Source: Candidatus Hodarchaeota archaeon (GTDB taxonomy: Archaea > Asgardarchaeota > Lokiarchaeia > Sigyniarchaeales > SOKP01). Taken from it: 64,000 nucleotides of DNA. Position numbers and translations under genes: made by a program. Shown here piece after piece: positions 29,652-40,253 of this stretch. Position 1 is the first letter of the stretch; every line of letters begins with the position of its first letter. Under the pieces are notes generated by a model, which had not been told where the DNA came from, searched no databases, and saw only the letters and a list, made by a program, of their open reading frames with translations. The stretch lies in assembly GCA_048887225.1 (NCBI GenBank), contig JBHLJY010000012.1:1-64000 (forward strand), read 5' to 3'.

Positions 29652-29813
29652 ATGGAATTAAAAGTAGATCTAAGGGTGTGTGAGAATTGTGGTGTAGCTT
29701 TGGAAGCAAGAGATTATTTCTATCGACATAAAACGCCAAATGCTCCAGGAGGATATATTTGTCATAGCTGTGGCTATTATTTGATTCGCTCTAAAAAAAT
29801 TCGAAACAAATAG
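29652..29813 (+). CDS. C4 zinc-finger microprotein (53 aa), not in ORF track
   Basis: MELKVDLRVCENCG-x22-CHSCGYYLIRSKKIRNK; GGGGT RBS; first gene of the hdrD-like operon. Confidence 0.75.
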   Translation: MELKVDLRVCENCGVALEARDYFYRHKTPNAPGGYICHSCGYYLIRSKKIRNK

Positions 29814-29833
29814 ATATTAACAAAAAAACGAAA

Positions 29834-31069
29834 TTGGGGATCGGTGATTCAAATATTTATTTCTCACAAGAATCAATTAAAGACATAAAGTCTTATATAA
29901 ATTATTGTTATCACTGTTATCGATGTATTAATGTCTGTCCATTATCCCACTTAGGTGTTTTCTTTCCACAAAGGTTAATTGCAGATTTAACCTTCTCTTC
30001 AATGGAAGATGGTTTAACAAATAATAACATATGGGAATGCCTCACCTGTGGTCAGTGTTCAATTTATTGTCCAATGACATCTAATTCTTCGGGTGTGAGA
30101 ATACCTGAATTAATTTTAGAATTAAGAAAGAAATCACGAGAGAATAAAAAACAATCTGAAAAAATGTTGTATTGTGAAACGCACAACAATATATTTCCAT
30201 TGCTTACGAGATTAATGGCGGATAATCCGTTGAATCCGAACAAATTAGATTTTTTAAATGGGACAAAATTGAAGACGGCAGAAACAGGTCCAATAGCGTA
30301 TTTTGTTGGATGTTCACCATTATTACAAGATATTTTTTATAATTTTGATATAAAATATACTGATTCAGCCATTACAATAATCGCATTACTTAATGAAGCT
30401 AATTTTGTTCCAGTTGTTTTAAATGAAAAATGTTGTGGACATGATATATTGTGGGGTCTTGGAGATATTAAAAGGTTTAAAAAACTAGCTGAATATAACG
30501 TAAAACTCTACAGAGATGCAGGCATTAAAATAGTTATCATAAGCTGTGCCGAAGGATATAGAACATGGAAGTTCGATTATCCAAAAGTGATTGATAATTT
30601 TGATTTTGAAGTATTACATTTTTCAGAATTTTTATTAAGAGAGAAAATTCTTGAAAACAAGCGATTTCCCAAAGTACATAAAATTAAAGTTACTTACCAC
30701 GATTCTTGTCGACTTGGTCGCTTAAGTGATAAATTATATGATCCTCCACGGGAATTACTAAGACAAATTCCAAATGTTGAATTAATTGAGATGGAAAATA
30801 TTAGAGATAACGCTCAATGTTGTGGGGTTTCAGCTTTCCGAGGGTGCAATGAATTTACTCACTTTTTAATCCAAAAGCGTATCAACGAAGCAATTGAAAC
30901 GGGTGCAGATTATTTAATCGTTCCATGCTCAAAATGCCAAACACATTTCACTTGTTATATGAATGAACCCTCTATTAATAGAGAGAAGGGAGATTTGAGA
31001 GATAAAATAAGAATAATTGATTTAGCTAGTTTTATAGGGAGGATGTTATTTATTTTCCAAATGAATTAA
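29834..31069 (+). CDS. HdrD/GlpC-like Fe-S oxidoreductase (2 x 4Fe-4S + 2 CCG domains)
   Basis: CYHCYRCINVCP, WECLTCGQC, CCGH, YHDSC.LGR and CCG motifs. Confidence 0.88.
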   Translation: MGIGDSNIYFSQESIKDIKSYINYCYHCYRCINVCPLSHLGVFFPQRLIADLTFSSMEDGLTNNNIWECLTCGQCSIYCPMTSNSSGVRIPELILELRKKSRENKKQSEKMLYCETHNNIFPLLTRLMADNPLNPNKLDFLNGTKLKTAETGPIAYFVGCSPLLQDIFYNFDIKYTDSAITIIALLNEANFVPVVLNEKCCGHDILWGLGDIKRFKKLAEYNVKLYRDAGIKIVIISCAEGYRTWKFDYPKVIDNFDFEVLHFSEFLLREKILENKRFPKVHKIKVTYHDSCRLGRLSDKLYDPPRELLRQIPNVELIEMENIRDNAQCCGVSAFRGCNEFTHFLIQKRINEAIETGADYLIVPCSKCQTHFTCYMNEPSINREKGDLRDKIRIIDLASFIGRMLFIFQMN

Positions 31070-31090
31070 AAATTGCGATATAGGAGAAGA

Positions 31091-34000
31091 ATGCAAAAAT
31101 TACAATCAAGTGTTTTAGTCATAGGCGGTGGGATTGCGGGCATCCAAGCATCTTTAGATCTCACAAAACTAGGTTTTAAAGTATATTTAGTTGAAATAAA
31201 ACCTACCATTGGAGGAACAATGGCACAATTAGACAAAACTTTTCCAACTCTTGATTGTAGTTTATGTATTTTAGCCCCCAAAATGGTCGAGATATATAGA
31301 AATCAAAATATTGAGTTATTTACCAATTCCTATATTGAAAAAATTGAAGGAGCTGCGGGAGATTATCGAGTAACGATGATAAAAATGCCGAGATATGTAA
31401 AAGAAGATGTTTGCAATGGATGTGGAGATTGTGCAAATATTTGCCCTGTAAGAGGTATTCCAAGCAAATTTGATATAAATCTAAAAACCCGTGGAGCTAT
31501 ATTTATCCCTTTTCCATCTTCAGTACCGCCTACTTATATAATTGATGAAACAAAATGTTTACTAATAAATTATGGAATTTGTAATTTATGTGCGAGAGTT
31601 TGTACCACCAATGCTATAGATTTTTTTCAAAAGAAGGAAGAAATAGTTTTAAATGTTGGAGCTATTGTCATTGCTACCGGTTATATCCAAAATATGCCAG
31701 GGATATATGAGAATCTTGCTGGAGAATCACGAAATGTATTATCAAGTATGCAATTTGAACGTTTATTATCCGCAAATGGTCCAACAAATGGAAATATTAT
31801 AAGATTGGATAATTATGAACGTCCAAAGTCAATTGCTTTTTTACAATGTGTTGGCTCACGAGATTTTCATCATCCTGAATGTAAGAAATATTGTTCTTCG
31901 ATATGTTGTATGGCTTCTGCTAAACAGGCAATCATCGTTAAAGAACATAATCCAGAAATTGAATGTTATATATTTAGTACTGAAATCAGAGCTAAGGGGA
32001 AAAACTTTTATGAATTTATTGAAAGAAGTAAACATGAATATAATGTTATTTATATAAATGGTAAAGTTTCTCTTATTAAGAATTGTTCCGAAAATGGAAA
32101 ATTAAAACTGTTTTATGAGGATATTGATGAGGGGATTGTGAGGACCTCAAAAGTAGATATGGCGATATTAGCAAGTGCGTTATTTCCACCTAAATCTTAT
32201 TATGATCTTTTAAACCAGTTAAATGTAAGATATAATGAATTTGGTTTTATTAGAGATGATGATTTATATAGTCTCGAAAAGAAAAATATCTTTTTTATAG
32301 GTTATTCAAGAAATCCAAAAGATATTCCTTCCACTGTTGCTGAAGCCTCAGCGTGTGCTGCAAAAATTAGTGAAAGATTACACATTGTTAGATTTCAGAA
32401 TGTAATCGAGTCCAAATATCCCCCTGAAATCCCTGTAAATCCTCAAGATGACCCGCGGGTTGGAATACTAATTTGTCGTTGCGGATCCAATATTGGAGGA
32501 ATTGTAGATGTTAAGAGAGTAGTTGATTATGTTTCAAAACTTCCTTACGTTGTTTATGCTGATGAAAATATGTATTCTTGCAGTTCTGATTCCCAGAAAC
32601 TGATTAAAGATATGATTTTGAAACATAATCTTAATAGATTTATAGTAGCTTCATGTACTCCTCGTACACATGAAAATCTCTTTAGAAATACACTCCGAGA
32701 GGTCGGATTAAATCCATATTTATTTGAATTAGTAAATATAAGAGATCAAGATTCTTGGGTACATCAAAATGAACCTGAACAAGCGACTAAAAAAGCTTGT
32801 GATTTAATTAGAATGTATCTTGCGAAAGTAATTAATTTGAAACCATTACAAAAAATTAAAGTTGAAGTCGAAAAGTCAGTATTAATTATAGGAGGTGGAA
32901 TTGCAGGGATTTTTTCTGCTAAAAATTTGGCAAATCAAGGTTTTGAAGTATACCTAATTGAAAGGGAGTCAATTTTAGGAGGCAGAGCTCTAGATTTTAT
33001 AGATTTATATCGTTTACCTTATATTAAAAATGACGTAATGAATACCATTAATGAATTAAAAAAAAAATCAACTGTACATATCTTATTAAATTCTGAAATA
33101 AGAGAGATACGAGGATATGTCGGCAATTATAAAGTTATAGTAAAAAGCCATTCAAATGGAGTGAAAGAACATAAATTGAATATTGGTACAATAATAGTAT
33201 CTATAGGTACCAAGCAAAAAAGAGTTGAGAGATGGCATGATATATCAGAAAAAAATCCTATGCATGTCTTTACTCAATCAGATTTCATAAAAATTAATGA
33301 TGAAAATATCCCTAGTTTTAAAGATGCCACTATAATATTATGCGTAGATCAGAGAAAAAATGAATATAATAATGGAAATGACTCAAAGACCTATTGTTCT
33401 AATGTTTGTTGCAATATAGCATTAATGAACATCGAAAAATTGTTCCGATTGAATCCAAGAGCCCATATTCATGTTTTATATAGAGAATTGCAATTTTCAG
33501 ATTTACATGCCGAAAAAATTGGGCGTGATATAAGAAAGAAAGTTCTTTTTGAAAGATATAGTTCAATTGATAATATAAAAATTTCTAAGAATACGAATCG
33601 TTTCAAGATAAGATATTATAATGTTGGCGCTCAAACAGACATAGAATTTATTACTGATTTATTAATATTAGCAACACCGGCAATTCCAGAAAGGGGTACA
33701 GAAGAATTAGCAAAAATTTTAAAAGTTCCTACTACGAAAGATGGTTTTTTATTAGAGGCCCATGTAAAATTAAGACCAGTAGATTTCTCTACAGATGGTA
33801 TATTTTTATGTGGTGGAGCTCATTGGCCAAAATGGATTGACGAGAGTATTATTCAAGCATATGCAGCATCTGGAAGAGCAACAATGTTAATGGCAAATGG
33901 AGGGATAGACACTGAATGTGTAACTGCTTATATGAATGAAGAAAAGTGCTTAGGGTGCGGCAGATGTGCTGAAATTTGTCCTTACAAAGCAATCGAACTA

Positions 34001-34204
34001 ATTGATAAAACCAAACAAATGGGATTATACACAATTAAAATGAAAAAAGCCCAGATTAATAGTGCCATTTGTAAGGGTTGCGGGTTATGTGTGGCAGAAT
34101 GTTCGCTAGGGGCAATTGACCAAAACTTTTTTAGTAAATTGCAAATTAATAAGATGATTGAATTGTTGATTGGATTGGAAACAAAAGCAAAAGAATTTAA
34201 TTAA
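31091..34204 (+). CDS. hdrA: Large two-FAD-module HdrA-like protein
   Basis: Two GGGIAG motifs, LDKTFPTLDCSLC, CSSICC, internal ICRCG module, EAHVKLRPV; AGGAG RBS before ATG 31091. Confidence 0.9.
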   Translation: MQKLQSSVLVIGGGIAGIQASLDLTKLGFKVYLVEIKPTIGGTMAQLDKTFPTLDCSLCILAPKMVEIYRNQNIELFTNSYIEKIEGAAGDYRVTMIKMPRYVKEDVCNGCGDCANICPVRGIPSKFDINLKTRGAIFIPFPSSVPPTYIIDETKCLLINYGICNLCARVCTTNAIDFFQKKEEIVLNVGAIVIATGYIQNMPGIYENLAGESRNVLSSMQFERLLSANGPTNGNIIRLDNYERPKSIAFLQCVGSRDFHHPECKKYCSSICCMASAKQAIIVKEHNPEIECYIFSTEIRAKGKNFYEFIERSKHEYNVIYINGKVSLIKNCSENGKLKLFYEDIDEGIVRTSKVDMAILASALFPPKSYYDLLNQLNVRYNEFGFIRDDDLYSLEKKNIFFIGYSRNPKDIPSTVAEASACAAKISERLHIVRFQNVIESKYPPEIPVNPQDDPRVGILICRCGSNIGGIVDVKRVVDYVSKLPYVVYADENMYSCSSDSQKLIKDMILKHNLNRFIVASCTPRTHENLFRNTLREVGLNPYLFELVNIRDQDSWVHQNEPEQATKKACDLIRMYLAKVINLKPLQKIKVEVEKSVLIIGGGIAGIFSAKNLANQGFEVYLIERESILGGRALDFIDLYRLPYIKNDVMNTINELKKKSTVHILLNSEIREIRGYVGNYKVIVKSHSNGVKEHKLNIGTIIVSIGTKQKRVERWHDISEKNPMHVFTQSDFIKINDENIPSFKDATIILCVDQRKNEYNNGNDSKTYCSNVCCNIALMNIEKLFRLNPRAHIHVLYRELQFSDLHAEKIGRDIRKKVLFERYSSIDNIKISKNTNRFKIRYYNVGAQTDIEFITDLLILATPAIPERGTEELAKILKVPTTKDGFLLEAHVKLRPVDFSTDGIFLCGGAHWPKWIDESIIQAYAASGRATMLMANGGIDTECVTAYMNEEKCLGCGRCAEICPYKAIELIDKTKQMGLYTIKMKKAQINSAICKGCGLCVAECSLGAIDQNFFSKLQINKMIELLIGLETKAKEFN

Positions 34205-34210
34205 TAACGA

Positions 34211-34684
34211 GTGATTAATATGTCAAAATCCAGAACGAAAAAATATGAAGAATTTGAACCAAATATATTAGTTTTTTGTTGTAATTGGTGTAGCTATGCA
34301 GGAGCGGATCTAGCTGGGGTTTCGAGGTTCCAATACCCATCAACTATTCGTATTGTTAGAGTCATGTGTTCGGGCAGAGTTGAGCCTGCATTTATCTTAA
34401 GAGCTTTTTATAATGGAATTGATGGTGTTATAGTTACAGGATGCCATATAGGTGATTGTCATTATATTAAAGGTAATGAACATGCATATATTCGTTTGGA
34501 ACATTTACAAAATCTATTGAAAAAAATTGGAATTGAAGAGGAAAGATTTCTAATCCATCCTATTTCAGCCAGCGAAGGAAAGAAATTTTCTGAATTAATA
34601 AAAGAATTTACAGAAAAAGTCAAGAAAGAAGGGATTTTAAAAATTGCTAAAAAATTAGGGCTTTTAGAGTTTCAGTATAGTTAA
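34211..34684 (+). CDS. mvhD: MvhD [2Fe-2S] subunit
   Basis: CCNWCSYAGAD, RVMCSGR and GCHIGDCHY motifs. Confidence 0.93.
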   Translation: MINMSKSRTKKYEEFEPNILVFCCNWCSYAGADLAGVSRFQYPSTIRIVRVMCSGRVEPAFILRAFYNGIDGVIVTGCHIGDCHYIKGNEHAYIRLEHLQNLLKKIGIEEERFLIHPISASEGKKFSELIKEFTEKVKKEGILKIAKKLGLLEFQYS

Positions 34685-34706
34685 AAAAAAAACACACCTG
34701 AAATAA

Positions 34707-34868
34707 TCAACGCTTTTTCTTTTTTATTTTTTGTGTGATCCTTTCATTAAGACCTGACAACGGAGATCTGCATTTATTAAGTTTGAATAAATCGTCTTTA
34801 AATTTTTTATTTAATTCTTTTTCCAACTCCTCCTCTAACTTAATCATATTAATTTTTTTACCTTTCAT
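34707..34868 (-). CDS. Small basic hypothetical protein (53 aa), not in ORF track
   Basis: AGGAGGAG RBS, ATG...TGA; C-terminus LNERITQK resembles LDAKITHK of the upstream small ORF. Confidence 0.55.
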   Translation of the reverse strand: MKGKKINMIKLEEELEKELNKKFKDDLFKLNKCRSPLSGLNERITQKIKKKKR

Positions 34869-34909
34869 TTTAGTTCTCCTCCTATTATGTCAAGTACTTT
34901 AATCGACGA

Positions 34910-35104
34910 TCAATCCCCTTCTCTATTCTTCTTATGCGTTATTTTTGCGTCTAAATTTCCCTTATTTATAAAATGATAATTTCTATCCTTTATATTCCAA
35001 CTCATATTTTTATTGTCAATTTCTGAGATAGGACGGTCATTATATAACGAAATTATTCTTAATCGTTTCTTTATTTTTCTTAAAATGACATCTTTTTCAA
35101 GCAT
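34910..35104 (-). CDS. Small basic hypothetical protein
   Basis: GGAGGG RBS; directly follows the FrhB-like gene. Confidence 0.55.
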   Translation of the reverse strand: MLEKDVILRKIKKRLRIISLYNDRPISEIDNKNMSWNIKDRNYHFINKGNLDAKITHKKNREGD

Positions 35105-35116
35105 ACTTTATCCCTC

Positions 35117-36598
35117 CTAACAGTTTTTTAGTATAGTTGGTTTACAATTATTCTTTTTTTCCATTGCGAGTTTTTCGATTAATAATTGACGTTTTCTTAC
35201 ATCTATTTTAGGATTTAATTTTACCAAACCTTTATCAATCGCTCTATGAAGAAGAAGCTCTCCTTTTTTGGTTCTAGTAATAACTGAAGACCATCCAGAA
35301 TCTGAACCAATCGCTCCTACAGAAATATCTGCAAATTCTGCTGTTAAATCAGAGCAATAATTACAAAAATTCGCAAAGTAAGATCGGCATTCTTTTAATG
35401 AAATAGATATAATTTCTCCATTAATTAGATTTAGAAATAACCTACCTTTTTTGATATCCATTTTAACGACATCATCAAGCTCTAAATTAAACTTATATTT
35501 AATTAAATTCATCAAATTCTCATAAGTGAATGTTTTCATACAGAATAGACCAATTTTATATTTGATGTTGTCGAACATCCCCAAATTTAATGGCAAATGT
35601 TCTGCTTTTGCAAGAGCTCTAATTTTACATGGAAGTGCAACTATAGCGATTTTCTTATACTTTTTTGTTTTATTAAGTACAGATAGAATCGGAGCATTTG
35701 AATAAATGCTACCTTGGGTTTTATCCAAATATAGCTTGTTCTTAATGATTGCAATCTTAGGTTTCCAAAATTTTCTCGAATGTTTAACAGTTATAACAGC
35801 GTCAACTAGTTTCTCATCTAATAAATAATAAAGTAATGAACTAATTATGCCTCCATCCTGCTTTTTTTCGTTAAATTCATCTATTAAAGTCTTTGCTGAA
35901 TATATCTTTTTATAGTATCCAAGGTTTTCCGTATAATTTAAAGAACTTTGAAAACTTTTTTTATAATTATATAATGGCTGATATGGAACTGAATGAGGAC
36001 AAACACTATAACATAAACCACATGTAATACATTCACTCTCATCTACATATACATAATTATCAGTTTGTTCAATAATATCAATTGGACAAATTGATAAACA
36101 TAGCCCACATCTGGTGCAAATACCACTATCATCAAATGTTAAAATCGATTTGAAATAATTTTCTTGAATTAGGTTTGCGTTGCGTTTGATCTGATATTTT
36201 TTTTCTAGTTTCTGTTCCAAAATCGAACTTCTCTCATCATTGTCCAATATAACCTCAGATTCAATGCTCTCATTAATTAATCCTTTATCTTTTAGATTTA
36301 AAATCTCATAAATCGTATTAATGGAGGGAAAATCAAAAATTTCAACAATTCCCTCCAATGATAATGGTTGTTTTCCTTTTAACTTCTGAATGATGTATTT
36401 TCGCTTTGCTGCTTCATCTAATATCGATTTTAAAATTAAATTGAGGGTTTTTTCATCAAATTTCCCGTGTTCTAAAATACGTTTCCTTGCTTTAAATAAA
36501 GATCTAAACTGAAAGTCATTTGAAGCCTTAAGGAAAGAAGTTTTCATCTTATCTGGTGGGATTCCTTTATAATTATAGAAATCACTTATTTTAATCAT
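35117..36598 (-). CDS. FrhB/FdhB-like F420-binding protein with ferredoxin and an N-terminal putative wHTH region
   Basis: QDGG, LPC, IGLFC, CNYCSDLTAEFADISVG..GS..GWS motifs; two Fe-S motifs. Confidence 0.85.
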   Translation of the reverse strand: MIKISDFYNYKGIPPDKMKTSFLKASNDFQFRSLFKARKRILEHGKFDEKTLNLILKSILDEAAKRKYIIQKLKGKQPLSLEGIVEIFDFPSINTIYEILNLKDKGLINESIESEVILDNDERSSILEQKLEKKYQIKRNANLIQENYFKSILTFDDSGICTRCGLCLSICPIDIIEQTDNYVYVDESECITCGLCYSVCPHSVPYQPLYNYKKSFQSSLNYTENLGYYKKIYSAKTLIDEFNEKKQDGGIISSLLYYLLDEKLVDAVITVKHSRKFWKPKIAIIKNKLYLDKTQGSIYSNAPILSVLNKTKKYKKIAIVALPCKIRALAKAEHLPLNLGMFDNIKYKIGLFCMKTFTYENLMNLIKYKFNLELDDVVKMDIKKGRLFLNLINGEIISISLKECRSYFANFCNYCSDLTAEFADISVGAIGSDSGWSSVITRTKKGELLLHRAIDKGLVKLNPKIDVRKRQLLIEKLAMEKKNNCKPTILKNC

Positions 36599-36628
36599 AT
36601 TTTTTCATTCCTTCCTCTTTTTTAATTA

Positions 36629-36780
36629 GATCCTATTTATTGTAAAGAATTTTTTTTTTTACTTGATCCAAAATCGGCATTTTTTTATTAAATATCACAA
36701 TAAATATATATGAGTTCGATCATTTAAATTTTAGGAAGCGATCATTTATTTTTTCATGATCGATAACATTCATGATCAAT
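36629..36780. promoter_or_regulatory. Divergent promoter with six GATC sites
   Basis: TTCGATCA at 36715, TGATCGATA at 36757, CATGATC twice. Confidence 0.45.
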
Positions 36781-36817
36781 AATTATAAAAATTTAAAGAA
36801 AATTTGTGGTTTGAAAA

Positions 36818-38254
36818 GTGTTAACAAAAGAAAATATGATAGAATATTTAGAATCTTATAATATAGGGTATGGGTTTCAGGATTTATGTGATTTAGTAAT
36901 TAACAAAAAAAATTGTATATTTTGTGGAACATGTGCCTCACTTTGTCCCCGTATTGGGATTATAAAAAATAAACCGACCCTTTTAGAAAGCGATCCAGAA
37001 TGTTCATTATGTTCAAGATACTGTGCGAGAACTTACTTCCCTGAAGAGGTGTTTGAAAGAGAGATTTTCAATAATCAAAATCATCGGGATTTTATCTTAG
37101 GTTATTATCAAAAAGCAATAATAGCAAAAAGTACTGATGAAAGCATATTAAAGGTTGCCCAGAATGGTGGAGTGATAACAACATTACTTATTTATGCTTT
37201 GAATAAGGGATTAATTGATGGAGTATTGCTTACTAATAGAGATGAAAATTGGTTACCCAAACCTTTTGTTGCGAGAACACCAGAAGAAATACTATCATGT
37301 TCAGGTTCAAAATATACTATAGCCCCTACCTTAATTTCATACAGTGATGCAATTCATGAATATGAACTTGAAAAACTTGCATTTGTAGGTATGCCTTGTC
37401 AAATTCTAGCAGCAAGAAAACTCCAATTATGTCCTCCATTATCAGATAAATTAGGTCAATTTAAAATAATTATTGGAATTTTTTGTTCAGTAAATTATAA
37501 ATATGATTTAATAGAAAAGATTTTTGTACAGGATTTAAACAAAAAATTGGAGAATGTTAGTAAATTTGATATTTCAGATGGAATATTGTCAGTTATTTCA
37601 AAAGATGGTAGTATAATAAAACTCTCAACTAAATATATTAAAGAATTCATTTGGCCCAGTTGTCGATATTGTAAAGATTTTACTTCCGAATATGCTGATA
37701 TCTCAGTTGGTAATGTAGGTGCTCCCTCTGGAGATTTTAATAGCCTTATTGTACGTTCTGATATAGGTAAATCTTTACTGGATAATGCCATCTCTGAAAA
37801 GAGAATTATAACAACTAATACAATTGATCTTGCAAAAATTAAAATGGAATCTTTAAGAAAGAAATCAGAAATAACTAAAGTTGATAAAAAGATTATTTCT
37901 GCCTTGAGATTTTTTAATATCCCTGATCTTGAAGCAAAAGTTTATGCCACGTTAATCTCTTTAGGATATACTAATATTGCTCTGCTTAGTGACGTAATGA
38001 AAATGGAGTATAAAAAAATCTACAAAGCTTTGGAAAAGTTAAAGCGACGTAAATGGATTGTTGAGTTTAATGGTGGCTACAGAACAATTAATCCAATTCA
38101 AGTTATGAAAAATGAAATAACTAAATTCAAAGCCAATTTAGAAAAAAAAATTAATAAATTCAAATCTGAGGTTTTAAAAGAGTTAGAGATCCTTTTTTTA
38201 CAAAACAATATTCAGCATATAAAATATAATGAATACAATGATTTTTTCTACTGA
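36818..38254 (+). CDS. FrhB-like protein fused to a C-terminal TrmB-type HTH
   Basis: AQNGG, GSKY, GMPCQ, GIFC and DFTSEYADISVG motifs; C-terminal L..F.I...EAKVY..L...G......LS.......KIY.ALEKL.RRKW. Confidence 0.85.
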   Translation: MLTKENMIEYLESYNIGYGFQDLCDLVINKKNCIFCGTCASLCPRIGIIKNKPTLLESDPECSLCSRYCARTYFPEEVFEREIFNNQNHRDFILGYYQKAIIAKSTDESILKVAQNGGVITTLLIYALNKGLIDGVLLTNRDENWLPKPFVARTPEEILSCSGSKYTIAPTLISYSDAIHEYELEKLAFVGMPCQILAARKLQLCPPLSDKLGQFKIIIGIFCSVNYKYDLIEKIFVQDLNKKLENVSKFDISDGILSVISKDGSIIKLSTKYIKEFIWPSCRYCKDFTSEYADISVGNVGAPSGDFNSLIVRSDIGKSLLDNAISEKRIITTNTIDLAKIKMESLRKKSEITKVDKKIISALRFFNIPDLEAKVYATLISLGYTNIALLSDVMKMEYKKIYKALEKLKRRKWIVEFNGGYRTINPIQVMKNEITKFKANLEKKINKFKSEVLKELEILFLQNNIQHIKYNEYNDFFY

Positions 38255-38371
38255 AAATAAAAAATATACAAAATTCTTTATAATAATAAATAATCTAATC
38301 AACAGTAGTTGCTATAGAATTTTCTTTTAGTAAGATTCCAATTTGATATGGCAAAAATAATTGATATAATC

Positions 38372-38791
38372 CTATTTAATTATATCTGTTATGAAACAAG
38401 TTTCTACAATATGTATACCTTCTATTTGGCTTATTTTCTCTTCAAGTAAAGGATTGAATTGCTCTAACGAGGGGATTTCAACCATTATAAATAGACCACA
38501 ATCTCCGCTTAAACGCCAAATATTATTTATCTCATCTATTTTTTTCAATTCTGTTAAAATCCTCTTAATATCCTTGAAGTTTGGCTCAATTTTTACTGTT
38601 GCCCTAGTTTTAGGTTTCGAATTAACCTCATAATCTATTGTAAATCTTATAATTATTCCATCTTCAATTAATTTTTTCACACGACGACGAACTGTAGCTT
38701 CTGTTTTCCCTATTTTGTGAGAAATTTCATTAAAGGAAATTCTACTATCTTGTTTTAATTCCTCAAGTATTTTAAGATCTATTATATCCAT
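38372..38791 (-). CDS. Lrp/AsnC family transcriptional regulator
   Basis: D.IDLKIL..L..DSR.S..EI....G..EATVRRRVKKL...GII and LSGD motifs. Confidence 0.93.
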   Translation of the reverse strand: MDIIDLKILEELKQDSRISFNEISHKIGKTEATVRRRVKKLIEDGIIIRFTIDYEVNSKPKTRATVKIEPNFKDIKRILTELKKIDEINNIWRLSGDCGLFIMVEIPSLEQFNPLLEEKISQIEGIHIVETCFITDIIK

Positions 38792-39115
38792 TTTTCACTA
38801 CCTAATATTTTTTTTTATAATTTGGAAATAATTCGAGTAATATTTAATAAAACTGTTATTTCTAATTATAAAAAGGTAAAACAAATTATTAAATTTTATC
38901 ATTTCATTATCTGATGTAAAGATCTTTTTATTAGAAATAAAAAAAATATCTGAAAAATAAAAATTAATTTCTGAATTTGAAAATTTCAAATGATGAAATG
39001 AATTTATTTAGAACACAATTTATAATTTTCAGTCAATACTTTCAAAAAAAAATTAATATTTTTTAAGATCTAATTTTGAGATTATTAATGAATATTTTAG
39101 AATTGCCAATTGATT

Positions 39116-40207
39116 TTAAAAATCTTGATATCGCTTTATTTTTAAACGTGAATATTTTATAAGTAGATCTTTCATTTCATTTTTTTTTGATGCCTCTAGA
39201 TCTATGCACTTAATCACTCCTGTCTCTAATGCTTTTGAAATAAGATCTGCGCCTTTTTTAGTACGAGTTAAAACTGTTGTAAATTTATCTGATGATGCTA
39301 ATCCTCCAAATGAAATATCTGCATAGATATTAGTAAAATCATAGCAAGAATAACAAGCAGCGCGCATATAGGTATTTAATCGATGAAAAGGAATATGAAG
39401 GATTTTTTGCCCATTATTATTTAATTTGAGTCTTAAATCTTCTTTAATGTTTATCTTTTCAATTTTTTCAAATTTAATATGAAATTCTTTTTCAAAATTC
39501 TTTATCTTGAGTTTATCAAAAAAGAAATTTTCATAGCAAAATAATCCTAAACAAATCTCAATGTTTTGTGAAGGCACAACTCCTAAATTTTGCATGCATC
39601 TAATAGTATAAATTTGACATGGTGTCCCCACAACTGCCAATTTTTTAAATTTATAATGATTTAATTTAGGAATTGATTGAGTATAAGTATTAAATTCTTT
39701 TATTTTATCCAATTGTGAAGAAATATCTAGTTTAATACCCGATGCCTCGATTAAGTCTTCCTTATTTTTAGCAAGTATAGCTTCTCGGGAAAAGGGGGAC
39801 TTAGAATTTGCTACAATTGCACCATCAATTATTTTCTTTTTTATTAAATAATCTATAATTGAATTTACAACACCGCCATCAGTTCCGTATTTTAAAAAAT
39901 CTCTGTCCATGGCTTGACAAGAATAGATATCGCGAAAAAATCCAATTGGCATGGAATAAAACTCTGAAAAATTATGTATTTTATTTAAGTCATCATCTAA
40001 AATATGTGTTTGTGGACAAATGCAATAACAAATCCCGCATTCGAGGCATTTTTCTTCATTTATAAATTTTGGAGGTGAGTTTAAATCTTTAAATTCAATA
40101 ATATCATAGTCCGCTGAACTACAAAAACTTACACACCCCCCACATTGTTGACAAATCCCTAAATCATGAACTTCTTTAATCAAATCTTTAAATCCTTTTG
40201 GGTTCAT
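39116..40207 (-). CDS. FrhB/FdhB-like F420-binding protein
   Basis: CQQCGGC, TDGG, VGTPCQ, GLFCYENF and DFTNIYADISFG motifs. Confidence 0.88.
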   Translation of the reverse strand: MNPKGFKDLIKEVHDLGICQQCGGCVSFCSSADYDIIEFKDLNSPPKFINEEKCLECGICYCICPQTHILDDDLNKIHNFSEFYSMPIGFFRDIYSCQAMDRDFLKYGTDGGVVNSIIDYLIKKKIIDGAIVANSKSPFSREAILAKNKEDLIEASGIKLDISSQLDKIKEFNTYTQSIPKLNHYKFKKLAVVGTPCQIYTIRCMQNLGVVPSQNIEICLGLFCYENFFFDKLKIKNFEKEFHIKFEKIEKINIKEDLRLKLNNNGQKILHIPFHRLNTYMRAACYSCYDFTNIYADISFGGLASSDKFTTVLTRTKKGADLISKALETGVIKCIDLEASKKNEMKDLLIKYSRLKIKRYQDF

Positions 40208-40253
40208 TTTTGAAAAACCTCCAAATGAGTTTAATTATATTTTTTACTTATTT

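Noticed and set aside
38798-38989. 63-aa ORF upstream of the Lrp gene
   Set aside because: Low-complexity F/I/N/K translation of AT-rich promoter DNA
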